DNA of 64,000 nucleotides, from positions 1 to 64,000 of the forward strand of contig JBFLGF010000045.1 in the NCBI GenBank assembly GCA_050230475.1, given 5' to 3'. This document shows, piece by piece, positions 12,322 to 29,600 of this stretch (positions are counted from its first letter, which is position 1; every line of letters starts with the position of its first letter). A program made the position numbers and the translations under genes. Source of the stretch: Ancylonema sp. Its lineage: Eukaryota. The notes under the pieces are model-generated. The model had not been told where the DNA came from. It worked only from the letters and a program-made list of their open reading frames with translations, and searched no databases.

Positions 12322-13139
12322 GACGGTGTTGTGACTTTTTTTCGAGTGACTAGCAAGCTTTATGATGAAAGTTTTGACCATTGATGCAATGACGTTTTGG
12401 GTGAGCGTCAGTTTTAGTTGCACGGACCTCCACTTTTTTCTCTTACAGCGCAACATGTGTGGCATTTTTACACCGATTTGTCTATTGTTGGCGTTCTCCC
12501 GGCCGAATGTGTTTGAGGGCTGCGTTTGGCATATCCTGCGGCCAAAATCTGCATCTCATATGCTTTTTTTTACCAAACCTCGGTAATGAGAAATTGGTTG
12601 TCGTGTAAGACCTGTAATTTTAAAGGGAAAAGGAAAACACTTGGTATTGGCAAGATCACATCATGGATCTAGATTTTTAAAAGATTATTTGAAGGATTTG
12701 AAGAAATTTACAAAGAAGAGGGAGAGCTCCTCTTTTTATACAATGTACGAACTAGAAGCCAAAAGATTTCGACCACGATGTTATAGGTTGACATGTCGGT
12801 CCTAGTTCTTGTCGAATGCGCAAGATCATCGTATGCAGTCGGATGCACAATGAAGAATGTGAAAAAATAATTGCGGTGAACGAGTGACGAATTCCAAGCT
12901 GTGACGATTTGTGGTGTTCGACACAACTTCTATGACGCACAATGATTGAAGGTGATGTTGGGACACATTGAAACGACTAGCGTGGCCGTACACAGGCACC
13001 ATAGTGCAAGGTGCACGTCTTGATATACTCTATCAATCACTACACCTCGTGTATCACCTACGAGTGCCTACACATCACATCCTGGTGATATGACATGCGA
13101 AACCGGAAGGAAGTGAGCATTTGCAAACCAAATCTCCCT

Positions 13140-13189
13140 CATATGTATATGTTTATTGATTTTTTATCATAAACATGTATATGTATACA

Positions 13190-13251
<62 letters not shown>

Positions 13252-13313
13252 CATACATATATATATATATGTACATATATATTCATACATATATATACAT
13301 ACATATATATATG

Positions 13314-13381
<68 letters not shown>

Positions 13382-13459
13382 CATACATATATATATATAT
13401 ACATATATATTCATACATATATATACATACATACATATATGTATATATATACATATATG

Positions 13460-13490
<31 letters not shown>

Positions 13491-13509
13491 GTATGTATGT
13501 CTATGTCTG

Positions 13510-13554
<45 letters not shown>

Positions 13555-13655
13555 GGATGTATGTATGTATGTATGTATGTATGTATGTATGTATGTATGT
13601 ATGTATGTATGTATGTATGTATGTATGTATGTATGTATGTATGTATGTATGTATG

Positions 13656-13708
<53 letters not shown>

Positions 13709-13712
13709 GTAT
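13140..13712. repeat. Compound (TA)n/(TATG)n microsatellite
   Basis: Directly visible. Confidence 0.98.
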
Positions 13713-14332
13713 ATTTTTTTATAGGTATATAAACTATCGTCTATCGCACACGAATGCTAGGTGTGACAAGTCTGCGCTGGATCTCATGCAAGTTGGGGAA
13801 TTGGGGACCCAACCGAATCGATGAATTGTATTTGGGTGGTGGCCCCACGGGTGCAAATGACGCTTACCATCTCACCTCGCTTAGGTGCATATATTGCAAG
13901 ATTTGAGCTTCGCTCCGTAACGTAACCAGTTTTACCTTGCTGCCACTCATCTACACGCTTACGTCGTCGGCACTTAGATGCACACAATCAGGTACGTCTG
14001 TTTGGTTCCATGGCCAATAAGTTCTTAGCAAGGACCAATCGTGTCAAACGGTTCGACTCGAACTGGCTCTCAAGATCAACACACACTATCACGCATCCGC
14101 AATAATGGCATAGTTTGTGCCTCATCAATGTTCTGCAAAAGAATACACATGGGTGTGTATGACTCGCCTGTGATAATTTGCGATCATTGTAGTCTCCACA
14201 GGCAACTTCTTCAGCATGTGTGAAAACAATCTTGCGCGGCTCTCGCAAGACTGATGTGCGCGATACTTTCTAGTTCTACCCATCGTTAATAACAAATCAT
14301 ATGTACACCATTTAGTAACCCATAACATGAGG

Positions 14333-16700
14333 TCATCCTTGAGCTATTTTTTTCAAATATTGCTTCACCACGGCTTGATGTTTAGTTTGGAGGTAAAGAA
14401 ACACAATCTTGGATGGCATTGGCCACATTGATTGTGACAAGGGCCGACCCGGCATTCACCTGTACAACCCCAAAATCAAAAGATGGCATTCAGATTGTAT
14501 GGGTGACATTCGGCACACACCACAACTCAACAGAGACTCAAACTTGGGCCACAATCACTCATGGGGCATGGCATAGAGAACACTCAAACATATCCCACCA
14601 AAAGAGAAAAAACCCACAACAAATTGTGAAGGGCAAGCTTGCGTTCGCACAATCGCTTGCCTACACACCTATACGCCAGATATTTCATAAAATTAATTTA
14701 TACTCGACAGCAATCTAGTTTTACACTAGAGCCCTCTCTTACCCACACCCGCCCGTTGAGACCCAGCGCCAACTCAAACGGCACATTCTCGCCGAGTAAA
14801 TCTAGCACAGGCGGCTTCGGTTTCGCCAATAACCTGAAAAAGAGAAAGAGAATACGGAGAGAAGGAAAGACGTAGAGGGCTGATAAGGAGGTAGGAGTAC
14901 CGATTCTGATCCCCCCCACATGTGGCGAATAAGAATGATCACAAATGAAAGGAAAGAGTCATACAAAGGCCTGACCGAAGTCCATTCCATGTGTGTGTGT
15001 ATGAGTCCCTCACATTCGTGCTTGCCTACTTGTGCAGTCGATCAACGTGCCGCCCGTCAGCGGTCCAAACCCTCCCATACCTCCCGGACCTGAATCAGAA
15101 AACGATACACATGCCTGCTTCAATCCCGCCACATTCATCATAAGTGTACCGATTCTACACAAGACACGCCTCTGAAAACCCTCTCTGTTAGCAAACAGTC
15201 CGGAAGCGACATGAGGCTTAAGCCTCTATCTCACCATCCACACACGTGATTTCGGGGGCCATATCTGGATGCGCTTTGGCCAGTCGAGCATAAACCAGCG
15301 CCCCTTTCTGCCACCCCCAATCCAACCAGTCAGCAAGCATGGCAGAAACAAATACCCCGCATCCCGCAGCATACACCTCATGACCCCCAAAAACCATCAG
15401 TCCTGGGAACTTTCAGAGGTTACGCTTCACTTCGAAAGCTTAAACCCTAAACCCCGTACGTTAAACCTTAAACCCCACCGAGGGAGTGAGGCATGCCTGG
15501 AGGTTGGGCTTGTTCCTTCTGGTGGCCCCCTCAAAGGCTAGAGAGGGGAGCAAGGCTGGGGTGGGGCCCGCTATATCCATGTCATAGTTCTGGGAGGGGT
15601 GGGAGGGGTGGGAGGGGTAAGAGGAGAGGCACACTTAAGAGCGACCATCAGAGGTTTGGGAAGGGAGCAGAAGGTTGATTCCAGATTTGGGGTTTGACAG
15701 CGTGTAATCTCGAGAAATATAAAACCCTAAATTTGGTTCCTGGACATACAACAGTAATGTGCGTGTTAAGAAAACCCTAATAATAGTAAGAGGTGGATTG
15801 ATGCCTCAATTGTCGGAATGAATGATCCCAAAATTACCTCAGCATGTCTCTCTGTGATGACTCCGATCACACTGTCTTCTGCTGCTGGCATGTACTGAAA
15901 CCGAAACCCGAAACCCGGACCCGAAGTCGAAGTAAAGGATTACAATAAATTCAGTGTGAAATAAAATACACATGCAGAAAATAGCACAGGAGGTGCTGAT
16001 GAACCACGTCTCGGTGAGTATCAGTGCTTCAGTAATGTGTTAAACAAAAAGAGTATAAGTATTTTTTGGCATATAAAGCGAATCCATCCGAGGGTAATTC
16101 GTGAAGTAAGTGAGGGCTCACCCTTTTTTGGGCGCTATCCACCCACTGCAGACCCCTCCGACCGCTTCTCAGAACCCCAGCCCTCGCAGCAACCACGAAA
16201 TTTCCGTCCTGAAAGTCATAGACGAGATGGAGGACATCCGATCAGGAGATCAGATTGCGAGGAAACAGCGCATGAGATGCAAAATTTTCTGGATGGCAGA
16301 TACTAATTCGCGGATGGCAGCAGGCATGATTGGTCGGTGGGGTTCTGACTTGTTTTAAGCCTCCGCCGAATCGGACAACTTCCCCAGCTGTCTGCAGGTC
16401 GAGGATGACGTCACCAGGTACCTGCCGGGTGGCAGAAACGAGTCTGAGAGAATCCAAAAGGTGCATTTTTGAACGGGTACACCGGTAAGGCTCTCAGACA
16501 GGTTGAGGGCAGAGAAGACTCCACATGCACATATACGATACAGCGGACTTTCAATTGAATCGCCACGCTCGACATTGATGATCAGATCCCAACTTATAAT
16601 AACTTTCATCCTGACACCCAAATCCGACGATACATGAAATTTAATCACGTACTGGGCTGATGATTCTCACCACAATTGGGTTCACGCGACTCTCAGCCAT
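14333..16700 (-). CDS. RRP40: Exosome complex component RRP40, about 9 exons
   Basis: MAESRVNPIV|VPGDVILD...GGGLKQ|...WVDSAQKR|YMPAAEDSVIGVI|...LAFEGATRRNKPNLQ|KGALVYAR...PEITCVD|GFGPLTGG|PFELALGLNGRVW|VNAGS. One GC donor (~15494). An apparent +1 base near 14387 in the last exon. Confidence 0.92.
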
Positions 16701-17420
16701 GGTTTCGACAGTCTTTAGCGTTGTAGAAGGCGCCTTCCAGAGTAGTGGTGACGGTCGGTCTGATGTATAGAGAGAGAGAGAGAGAGCAGCGTCTGACCAG
16801 ATTCTTACCGCATTTGTTACCGCTTTATGATAAATGGGAGGATACGAGAGGCCACCCTATCCGCTGCTGGAAAGTGCCGTTCCCTCACCCATTAGCCTGG
16901 TCGAAAAAAGGGATTGCAGGCATCGGCACGGAGTCTATGACAGACCGACTCACTCCTGAAACCATATTTTGTAGGCTTCATGGTACACTTCTCATTTTAG
17001 GGTATTGGGGCGGATGGGGGAGGGGTACTAATTTCGTACCGTTCCGTACCAAGCGGATGTCATCGATCGTGAACTTCCCGTTCGCTTTCAGTAGGCGCCA
17101 CGCGGCGCGGTATGCGGACGAGCTCGGTGATGTGTTCAATTTTGACTGGAGTAGTGTACGGCCCTGTGGCCATCCCCTGATTTCCATGACAGCCCAACGC
17201 CAAATCTATGACAGGTGAGGGGTCACTGCGCTTGCGCTCTCAAGTGACCAGCTTTGCTGACGGAATACTGTTGTCCAGGAGAAGGAGGCAATGGATTGCA
17301 TTGGGGCAGTTAGAACAGACGTTTACTTTGGACGGGCTGACATGCGTCTATTGCTCATTTCGAACAGTACCTGGTCTTCGTTCGGTGAGAGTTACTCAAG
17401 CTTGGGAAAGCAGTCGGGAT

Positions 17421-19948
17421 ATGCCTTCTGTTCCTATTCATATGCCTGGAGGTCGTATACTTAGAAATTTTTTGAAAAGCCTTCTCAAAAAGAGCCGAGG
17501 CGGAACTGGTCGAGAAACCTCTGTCCAGCTAAACGACGAGGAAATCTGTATGCCTGGAATTGTAAGCTATATGCAATCCGAACCGTCGCGCATTTCCCTT
17601 CGCTTTCTATTGGTTCCATCCATGAAAGGCTTGAAATCACTTTTTCACTCATGTCACGAGAAGATGCTCCTTCCTTCCCTCGCCATCCCTTGCCACAATT
17701 CAACGACCATCCCAGCCTGCATTCTTTCTGCTGACTAGTAGAAATTGAATAAAATAATTTTTTTGTGTCTTCATCCACTCCATGTGTCGGTGCACCTCAT
17801 CCTCCATCCTTGCAGTCACCCTTCACGAACTTGGTCCAGAACGGCGCATTTCAAGATGGGACAGCTGGCTGGTTTGGTCACGCCGGATGCGAAACCATAA
17901 CCGCCTTCCCAGCTTCCACCTCCGGATCCCCGAATGGCCCCCCAGCCTCTTCTGCTGCCTCCCTCCGTTCTCCCAGCTATGCCTCCGGCCTCCAGCCTCC
18001 AGTTCCTTTGGCAGGGCCCACTGCTCCCTACATCATCGCCTCCGACCGCCACGAGTACTGGCAGGGCCCCTGTCAGTTGCTGCCATCTGTCGAGCCCCTG
18101 ATCACGTATTCAGTCACTGCCTGGGTTCGTGTCGGCTCCTCCTCCCACCCTCTCCCTTTGAATGTGAAGGTGGACATGGTGCTGGCAGTGGACTCCTGGT
18201 GGCTGCCCGTGGGCGCCATCGAGGCCAAGTCTGCAACCTGGATGCGATGTGCTGGCGCCTTCCGACTGGATAAGATGCCGCGTACCTTAAAATTCTACTT
18301 CCAGGGTCCGCCTGCCGGAATCGACATCTGGGTGGCAGATGTGCGGGTATCGCCTCAGGATACTGCCGCGGTTATCACAAACCTGAAGGAAATGGCACAA
18401 AAGGTATGGAGGCATAGACAGACGGCTCTCTCATTCCCCACCAGACTGAACATCGGCGACCTTGCAGGTGAGAAAACGTGAAATCATCATCCAGGTGACG
18501 TCATCCTCAGGAGCTCCTCTGTCACCCGCCAAAGTGACTCTCACACACGAGGCTTCGAGCTTCGCCATTGGTTCGTGCATGAGCCGGCACGGGTTGAGGG
18601 ACCCCAGATACCGCCAGTTCTTTGCTGAACACTTCACATTTGCCGTCTTTGAGAACGAATTGAAATTTGCGAAAATGGAAAGCGCCCGAGGCCGACTCGA
18701 GTAAGCGGCAGCAGATGAGATGTTGCAGTGGGTGGAGGAGAAGGGCATTCCGGTGCGGGGTCACTGCATATTTTGGGACACTGAAGTGCCCTCATGGCTT
18801 CCGGGACTGTCCGATGATGAGCTGGCAGGTCCGCCTTCTTCTACTTTTTGCCAGATGCCTAAAAAAACTGAAACCAACCCGCTTCTCTCATCAAGCATCG
18901 AACAAGTGCAGACCCCAATGCCTCCCTGCCTCGCACTTCAATCGGAAGAAACTTTGAAGACAGATTTGAAGTTGCAATCGTGACCAAACAAACAATCTGC
19001 AATGGCACAAACGTGCGGTGTTTCTTTTCTTCCAACAACTTCACCACAAGAGCGTTTACTTGTGGCACTTCTTCACCCCCATCATTCCTTGTGATGTTTT
19101 ACATTTCAGAGGCTATCGACAAGAGAGTCGTCGAGCTCCTCTCTCGTTACAAGGGGCGGTTCGCTCACTACGACGTGAACAACGAGATGTTGCACGGAGG
19201 GTTCTTCGCCAACCGCCTCGGCCCAGGTATCAATACCCGCATGTTCCAACTGGCCAAAGCAACGGACCCATCAGCCCTCCTTTTTGTGAACGAGTACAAT
19301 GTGGAGGATGGGAAAGATGCGAAATCTAGTCCCGAGAAGTACTTAGAGTCCGTACAAGACTTACTTAGAAGCGGCGCTCCAGTGGACAGCAGTGGGATAC
19401 AAGCACATGCAACGAGCCCCGTCCCGTCGCGCATATATGAAGCATTTGATACATTGGCAAAGGCAGGCCTCCCAATTTGGTTAACCGAGTTGGATGTAGA
19501 GTCGGAGGATGAGAGAGTACGTGCCGACGATCTGGAGATGATGTTGAGGGTCGCCTTCGCACATCCCTCGGTGGCAGGTGTAGTGCTATGGGGGTTCTGG
19601 CAAGGCGTGAACAGGGGGGGCATGTATCGAAAGAATTCGCATCTCGTGAACGAGGACTGGTCTCTTGCGGATGCGGGCAAGCGATTGGAGGGTATCGTGA
19701 AGGAGTGGAGCAGTGGAACAGTTTCGGGGACAATACCTTGTGGGGGTACGTTCTCGTCGAGAGTGTACTTGGGTAGGTACAAGGTTGTTGTAGAGGTAGA
19801 AGGGTCATACAAGGAAGAGGCTTTCGTGTTGGAAAGAGGTCAAGAGCCGCAAGTGGTCGATGTTGTGATGGGAAGTGTGATGGCAAGTGACTACACGAAT
19901 GTCGTCCAACACATTGCATCTAATTTCTTTGGTAGCGTGAGGGAGTGA
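17421..19948 (+). pseudogene. CBM4/9-GH10 xylanase paralog 2 with an in-frame TAA
   Basis: Exons about 17421-17561, 17816-18403, 18468-18828 and 19110-19948, with the same intron positions as paralog 1. YDVNNE and IWLTELD intact. TAA at 18702-18704 (RLE*AAADEML). Confidence 0.8.
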
Positions 19949-20385
19949 GCTGCGAATACTTCTCTCGACGAAATTTGGAGTGTCGTACAGCACGGCTACA
20001 ATGCCGCGCGACAAACATGTCATTCTTCATGATTATAATGACGCCGTTACCAAGGGTCATTGTGAGTTTTCCTAAATGCGAGCATTGTCTAACATTGCGT
20101 TGCGTTGAATCATGTGATGGCCGAAACTTCATTTGGTGTGGCGTACTCCATAAACACAGTTTAGGTTTTGCGGGGAAAGAACCATGTGCAGAGGATGCGG
20201 ACACAATTGCTTATCATCGCCTCACCTCCACCCCTCCCTATGCCCAAAAACTCTAGATCTACACCCAATTTCAACAAAATGGAAAAAGCACACTCTTAAG
20301 TAGTTCTAACCCGTTTTGCACAAACACCGCACTGGCAACATTGGACGCCGCAAATGCGTACGGCATTAAACAGATTGTTTACAAT

Positions 20386-24000
<3,615 letters not shown>

Positions 24001-25624
24001 AGTAAGAAAAACTTGTATCGTCTGAATTTGATGTGGGCCGAACACGGTTGTCTTTTCGCTGGTCAGTGGCAAATAAATTCTGTGAATTATTGAATTAATT
24101 GAGTCGAACGAGCTGCTGGAGAGGGAGGGTTTTCAAGCGGACCAGGAATAGGAAAAATGGCAAATATTTAGCTACGCTGGAGTAATCCGGACCAATAGGC
24201 CGAGGTGCCGCATTTCGAGAGTGCAGATTTTCAGGGTTTCATTCTCTCGCCCTCTCTTTCTCTCCCGCATTCTCCTTGCGGGCTATATTTTTCAGGGTTT
24301 TCTAAATACCGTAATGACCGAATTTAATCTCCCACTTTTTTCAAGGTAATTATTTAACGATTACCCCCAAACCCCCCGAAAACCCAAAATACAAAACTAA
24401 ATGTATTTTTCAAAGGACCACGCAGATAACAAGAAATGTGCATCGTCAGACGGGATGGCAGACACGTGTGATGACGAGCACCTGCATGAAGCTGTGAGTG
24501 TATGAATTGTTTTGAGGCGACGTAGAAGAGGGGCCATGGGGACGCGCACTCTGTTGTTCTATGACTGTGTCGGCAAAGAGCAGCCGCTCACACCGCATGT
24601 GAACAGGCAACGAGAAATTACGTGATATGCTCTACCCACATTGTTTTCGAGAGAAAAAAATGTCGGCCTACAGGGGATGCAGAAAGATCGTACCTCGATA
24701 CTGAGGACACAAAGTGGCGAAAGAACTTTCCTCTAACATTCCGGACGGGTTATGGGACGGGTCAAAGGGCTCTATTTTCCAATGTTCAATGTCATCCGTG
24801 TCCCACGGTTTGGGCTTGTCGTACTTCCGCTTCTTTTTTCCTTGTGCGTTGTACTCCACTCCAGCCTCTGCCTCGTCATTACTCGTTGGGCCTGCCCTTC
24901 CCTCCAGATTATCCATCGACATAGTAAGAAAAACTTGTATCGTCTGAATTTGATGTGGGCCGAACACGGTTGTCTTTTCGCTGGTCAGTGGCAAATAAAT
25001 TCTGTGAATTATTGAATTAATTGAGTCGAACGAGCTGCTGGAGAGGGAGGGTTTTCAAGCGGACCAGGAATAGGAAAAATGGCAAATATTTAGCTACGCT
25101 GGAGTAATCCGGACCAATAGGCCGAGGTGCCGCATTTCGAGAGTGCAGATTTTCAGGGTTTCATTCTCTCGCCCTCTCTTTCTCTCCCGCATTCTCCTTG
25201 CGGGCTATATTTTTCAGGGTTTTCTAAATACCGTAATGACCGAATTTAATCTCCCACTTTTTTCAAGGTAATTATTTAACGATTACCCCCAAACCCCCCG
25301 AAAACCCAAAATACAAAACTAAATGTATTTTTCCATTCATAAAAAAAAAAACAGATGAACCCCACCCCACGGGTTTTGAATTAATTAGTGGGAGGTTATA
25401 TTTGGGCTTTACGGTGCGGGACCTGTATTTCGATTACCGGACCCTGTGTCCTGAGCCCCAAAAGAATCCATGGTCGCCGGTCGTAAAAATGCGCGAAATG
25501 GAGGGGTACTTCGCGGCCACGCCCCACAGTCCATGCGGAATGTGCCCTTCGCGGTGCAAGCTGGCTTTCCTGCCAACTGCCAACAAAATTATGCCCCCAA
25601 TTTCTTCAAAAGAGATGTTTTATT

Positions 25625-25682
25625 GATAAACGACGGGAACCCCATCTCATTACAAGAACATGCCTGTATAGAAACCACATTC
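25625..25682 (-). mobile_element. 3' tail fragment of a CRE-like non-LTR retrotransposon
   Basis: aaacgacgggaaccccatctcattacaagaacatgcctgtata matches 57215-57260 and, inverted, 56778-56845 and 58435-58495. Confidence 0.7.
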
Positions 25683-25685
25683 TAA

Positions 25686-26147
25686 GAGCATGTTTTATGA
25701 CCACTCGATATATTCCATCGATTCGTACCGTATTTCAAATATCGAAAGGTCATAACGAGTGAGAATCTTTTTCCCGGTGTTATTTCAACAGATATTCGCA
25801 ACCTTCAAAACGTCGTAAACTTGGGCATATTATGACCACTCCATTCGGAAATGCTCGTACCCCCGACGCCACCTGCTCGAAAATTTGAAGTATTTCACAC
25901 GCGAGATGGACTCACCACGAGTGTACCACGTATGTCTCGCGCTCTCGACTTCAAAACGATTGTCACTCATTATTTGGACAAATAACGGTTGACAATCGTT
26001 TTGAAATGAGTGAGCTCGAACCAATATTTCATTATTTGGTTCAGAAGGTGGTCATAATATGCGTGAAAATCGCTATTTTCGCGAAAAACGGAATCTTTTC
26101 AAATCGAATGACCGAAACGAGTGGTCATGAAATATGAAAATATGCTC
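25686..26147. mobile_element. PIF/Harbinger (Tourist-like) MITE
   Basis: TAA|GAGCAT...ATGCTC|TAA, i.e. a TAA target duplication. Imperfect TIRs contain ATGACCACTCG; an internal inverted pair GCATATTATGACCAC lies at ~25825 and ~26048. Confidence 0.75.
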
Positions 26148-26422
26148 TAATGTACGTCATTTACGTTCATCCGGGTAAGGTTAAGTTGCCTTTCCGGGCA
26201 AGTCACCAAATAGGGTTGACATTGAGGATGGCAATTCCTGAAAGCCGACCGCAATAAGTTGGGCCAGGACAAGGTGGGCGTAGCACGGCTGGAATTATGA
26301 ACCCATTTTTTTGGGTCAATGATGAGCGCAGTGTAATCATCTCCTCGAATCATACACGCGAGTCTTTGGTCACCTTAGGAGGCTATCAAGGAGTCTAATT
26401 GTTCTGAACTGATCTGACCGCG

Positions 26423-26591
26423 ATGGCGGGTCCTAGCGACTTCTTCAAGAAGAATGACGCGTTTAGAAACCACCCCATGCTCACCAACCAACTCCGTTCC
26501 TGGTTTGGGCATCGCTGTCGCTGCATTCGGAGTCTACCTTTTTGTTAATGGCATGAGCTCGAAGCTGAACAAAAGCAAAGCGGAGCATTAG
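26423..26591 (+). pseudogene. NDUFB3: Complex I subunit B12/NDUFB3, frameshifted
   Basis: MAGPSDFFKKNDAFRNHPMLTNQLR, then in a shifted frame PGLGIAVAAFGVYLFVNGMSSKLNKSKAEH-TAG. About 8 nt appear to be missing near 26497 relative to the plant consensus HPMLxNQxRHAxPG. Confidence 0.85.
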
Positions 26592-27355
26592 TTCCATCGA
26601 AATGTGCGTTACTGGTTCATCTCCCACTCGTGTCTCACCGTCCCACGTTCAGGCTGAGTATATATCAGGCGAATGAAATAAGGCACAGCAGCTGGTTCAT
26701 CGTAGCGAGTCCATTTCATTATCTGCTGGCATAAGTACAGATTTTCGTTGTCAAGAATTTGTCTCATTGCACACGCGACTCCGCTTCTGGCCCTGGTCGC
26801 TGATGCAAATGTGATATCCCGGTCATGTCGTTCGCAGGTTTCTGGAGGGTAAGGCTTTTGAACCAGATGTTTTTACGGGTATCAGAGTTTATAGATTTTT
26901 TCTTTTCGCCACCGGATTTAGCAGGATGGGGGATGCATCGCTGCACAGGTACACCCACTTTATTTTCACTCTCCAGGTGTGATGTGGAGTTTCTGTAGTC
27001 GTGGGTATCGTAAAACTGCATCCGCACCTGGATCACATTACGTTACACAGAAGTGGCTGCGGCGGATCATCAGATTCGAGTCTGATGAGAACCTGTCGCC
27101 AGCACAACAGTGACTTACACTGGGGTTTAAAGTTATCACGTCCCCCCACATTTCTTGCTGTCATACAATTTGGGGTTCATGGAGCTGCACCCGGTAATGT
27201 GTGGCAATCTAGCTTCGATATATGCACAGACTCTTGGAGGAGAGGTTGTGGGTTGTACATGAAATCATGGATTATAACAATGCCCTTGTGATTTCATTGT
27301 TGTCACCACCTATCTTTTTTTCGCTGCATGAGATGCAACAACAGCTGGTGTCATC

Positions 27356-29600
27356 TCACAAGGGCACCTGCTTCATGGGGTTTGTAGGCACACATGCTGG
27401 AGTTGTTACAATAATCTTGTAAAAAATACAATTTACCACGTATTGGATTGGTAATGTGCGCAAGTGAGATGCAATCAGCAATGGTGTGCATGGCAAAGAA
27501 GAATAGGCTTTGACTTTATGATTTGACTTGTACTTTAAAACTTCATCCCAAAACAGGCATGCTACGGAACCATGTTACTCCACAAACCTCGTAAAATGGC
27601 AATGAACAGTTTCCGCAGCAACAACTCCAAAGAAGAAAAAAAAATTCAAAGAGTTATAGAAAGAAAGGGTGGAAGTGGTAGAACAGTCTTGAATGTCTAA
27701 GAACAAGTATGTGTGGGCCACTAATATAGCAGGAAGAAGTGCTCGAGTACAAGCACGACTGCTTGCCACGTTGTTGATGGAGACAGCCCGTCTTGCATGG
27801 CCTTCAAGTGTCAATCTTGTTTTGTTGGGTATAGCCGACATATGTGCCAAACGTGTATTGGCGCTTTTGGTCACATGATATTTTGTCAAAGAGGAAGTGC
27901 CAGCTAGTCCAATCTTTGATTTTATCCATATAATTTTCCCATACTTCTCTAGGTAATGCGATAACAAAAAAAAGCGGCAAAACCCGACCGGCAATACTTA
28001 AAAGGAAATAGAGCAATGGTAATATCAAATGAACTTATGCACACAAAGAAAACACGAACAAAAAAATAACGATACAATTGGCAATGACTTAATTATTTCG
28101 ACAAGTATGTCGTGCGTGATTGATCTAGCGATGCACTAGTTGTAAGCTATCAACAGCGAATTACTAGTCCGTATTGATTGTTTTGATGGTTTAAATCGGT
28201 ATTTGCATTGCGGCCATCCGATCGTCGATACCATCGACGCGTTCTTTCGAGAAGATGTAATTGGACAAGATTCACTACTAGATCTTGCTAGTTACCGATA
28301 GGTCGTCTACAATCGCGATGTCAAGTTGATTGACACCGTGCTTGACAACCACCTGCTGAGAGAAGCAAAAACACTATACGTGTACAGTCTGCCAGCAATA
28401 TCGGAGGTTTGCGAGACCTGCACTTAGTAAGACACTTTTCCATATTTGCCTTTGCCTTGTCTATGTGATTGTCTCTCGGCTATCGCCTCACCCTATCGAC
28501 GTGTGCACGCTATCTCTCTTACGCACCGCTATACTCACGCGTGAGCAAACAAGCAGAGTAGATACGGAAGACGAAGTCGCGTCGAGACAAGGCATACACT
28601 CATGAACCACATAAGCTTGTCACACACTGAATGGTGACTAATTTACGTCATCAATACTAAGTAATATACTTGTTGAGTGCTATACCGCAGGCACCCATCG
28701 TTTTGAGACAAGTGCACACCACACGTCTCGACTACGAGAGGGATAAAATTGTCCTCTCGGGGTCGCCAAGTAGAGTGACGCTCTTTTTGTTGTGCAATCT
28801 CCGATGCAAGTGGCCTAGGGACAAGTGCAACGCATGTCACAAGATCAACATACGTACGGATAGTTATAGATTGTCGAACAATCTTTGACCCCACGCCGGC
28901 TCTTTAATCACTAGATTCACACGTCCCCCATGGCCTAGAGAAATAGACAAAGGGAGGAAGCATGTCCTTTCTCCCTTTTCTCATCGCGCAAACCATCGTT
29001 GACAACATCTAGTTCGTTCTCGTTTTCGTTCAAAGCCAATGGTTCGTAAAGAGCCCAAAATATTTTGTACAACAATTGCGATTCCAATGACATTGACATA
29101 ATAAAACATAAACATCATATCCTTATTAAGTTCCTTCTACCTAGAACTTTGATCGCTTATCATTATATCTTGACAAGTGTTACTTTCGACATCATTTGCG
29201 ATATTGGTCTACCTGACGTGCTAGATGCGTTCGTGATGCAAACGTGGCTTCGTGAAGCCATGCTATCATTTAGGGATCTCATGGCTTCTTTAGGATCTAC
29301 TGAGAGTATTGTGCCCTTGTTAGTTGATTAGTAATTAATATAATGGTAATGCACATGCATGACTTTCTTTGACTTTTCTTTGCATTCTTCAACTCAATCT
29401 TCGTGCATCAGGCACCTCGTCGTTTGTATTTGGGTGGGCATCTTCCTCCAAAATATGTACAATCCCAACACCGTCCAACCCCGTCCAGCCCACGCTCGGA
29501 GAGCCCGATCTATGTTTTTGGGATCCAGCCCATGTGCAGGCCTAGCGCGTGCGAGGGGACATGACCCTGGCCCCCAACTCCGCCTTACTTGTGCACTCAT
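27356..29600 (-). CDS. Possible small spliced gene of unknown function (or lncRNA)
   Basis: ATG AGT GCA CAA|gtaagg follows a TATA-like motif, with phase-compatible candidate exons near 29213-29316, 27766-27904 and 27356-27367. No recognisable domain. Confidence 0.2.
28690..28860 (-). mobile_element. Degenerate CRE-like retrotransposon endonuclease fragment
   Basis: VDLV...KERH...FIPLVVETCG resembles the restriction-like endonuclease C-terminus seen at 57516-57833. Confidence 0.55.

Noticed and set aside
13153..13824. YI/VCMY-repeat ORFs (also 50774-51196)
   Set aside because: They are translations of microsatellites.
10297..18704. TAA/TAG reassigned to Tyr or Gln (alternative genetic code)
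   Set aside because: CCD, KRR1, NDUFB3 and FkbM end at TAG and FabZ at TAA at expected termini, and other long exons lack internal TAR.
27035..27092. Minus-strand exon ending in CaaX-like CNVM*
   Set aside because: It could not be linked in frame to a supported upstream exon; likely chance.
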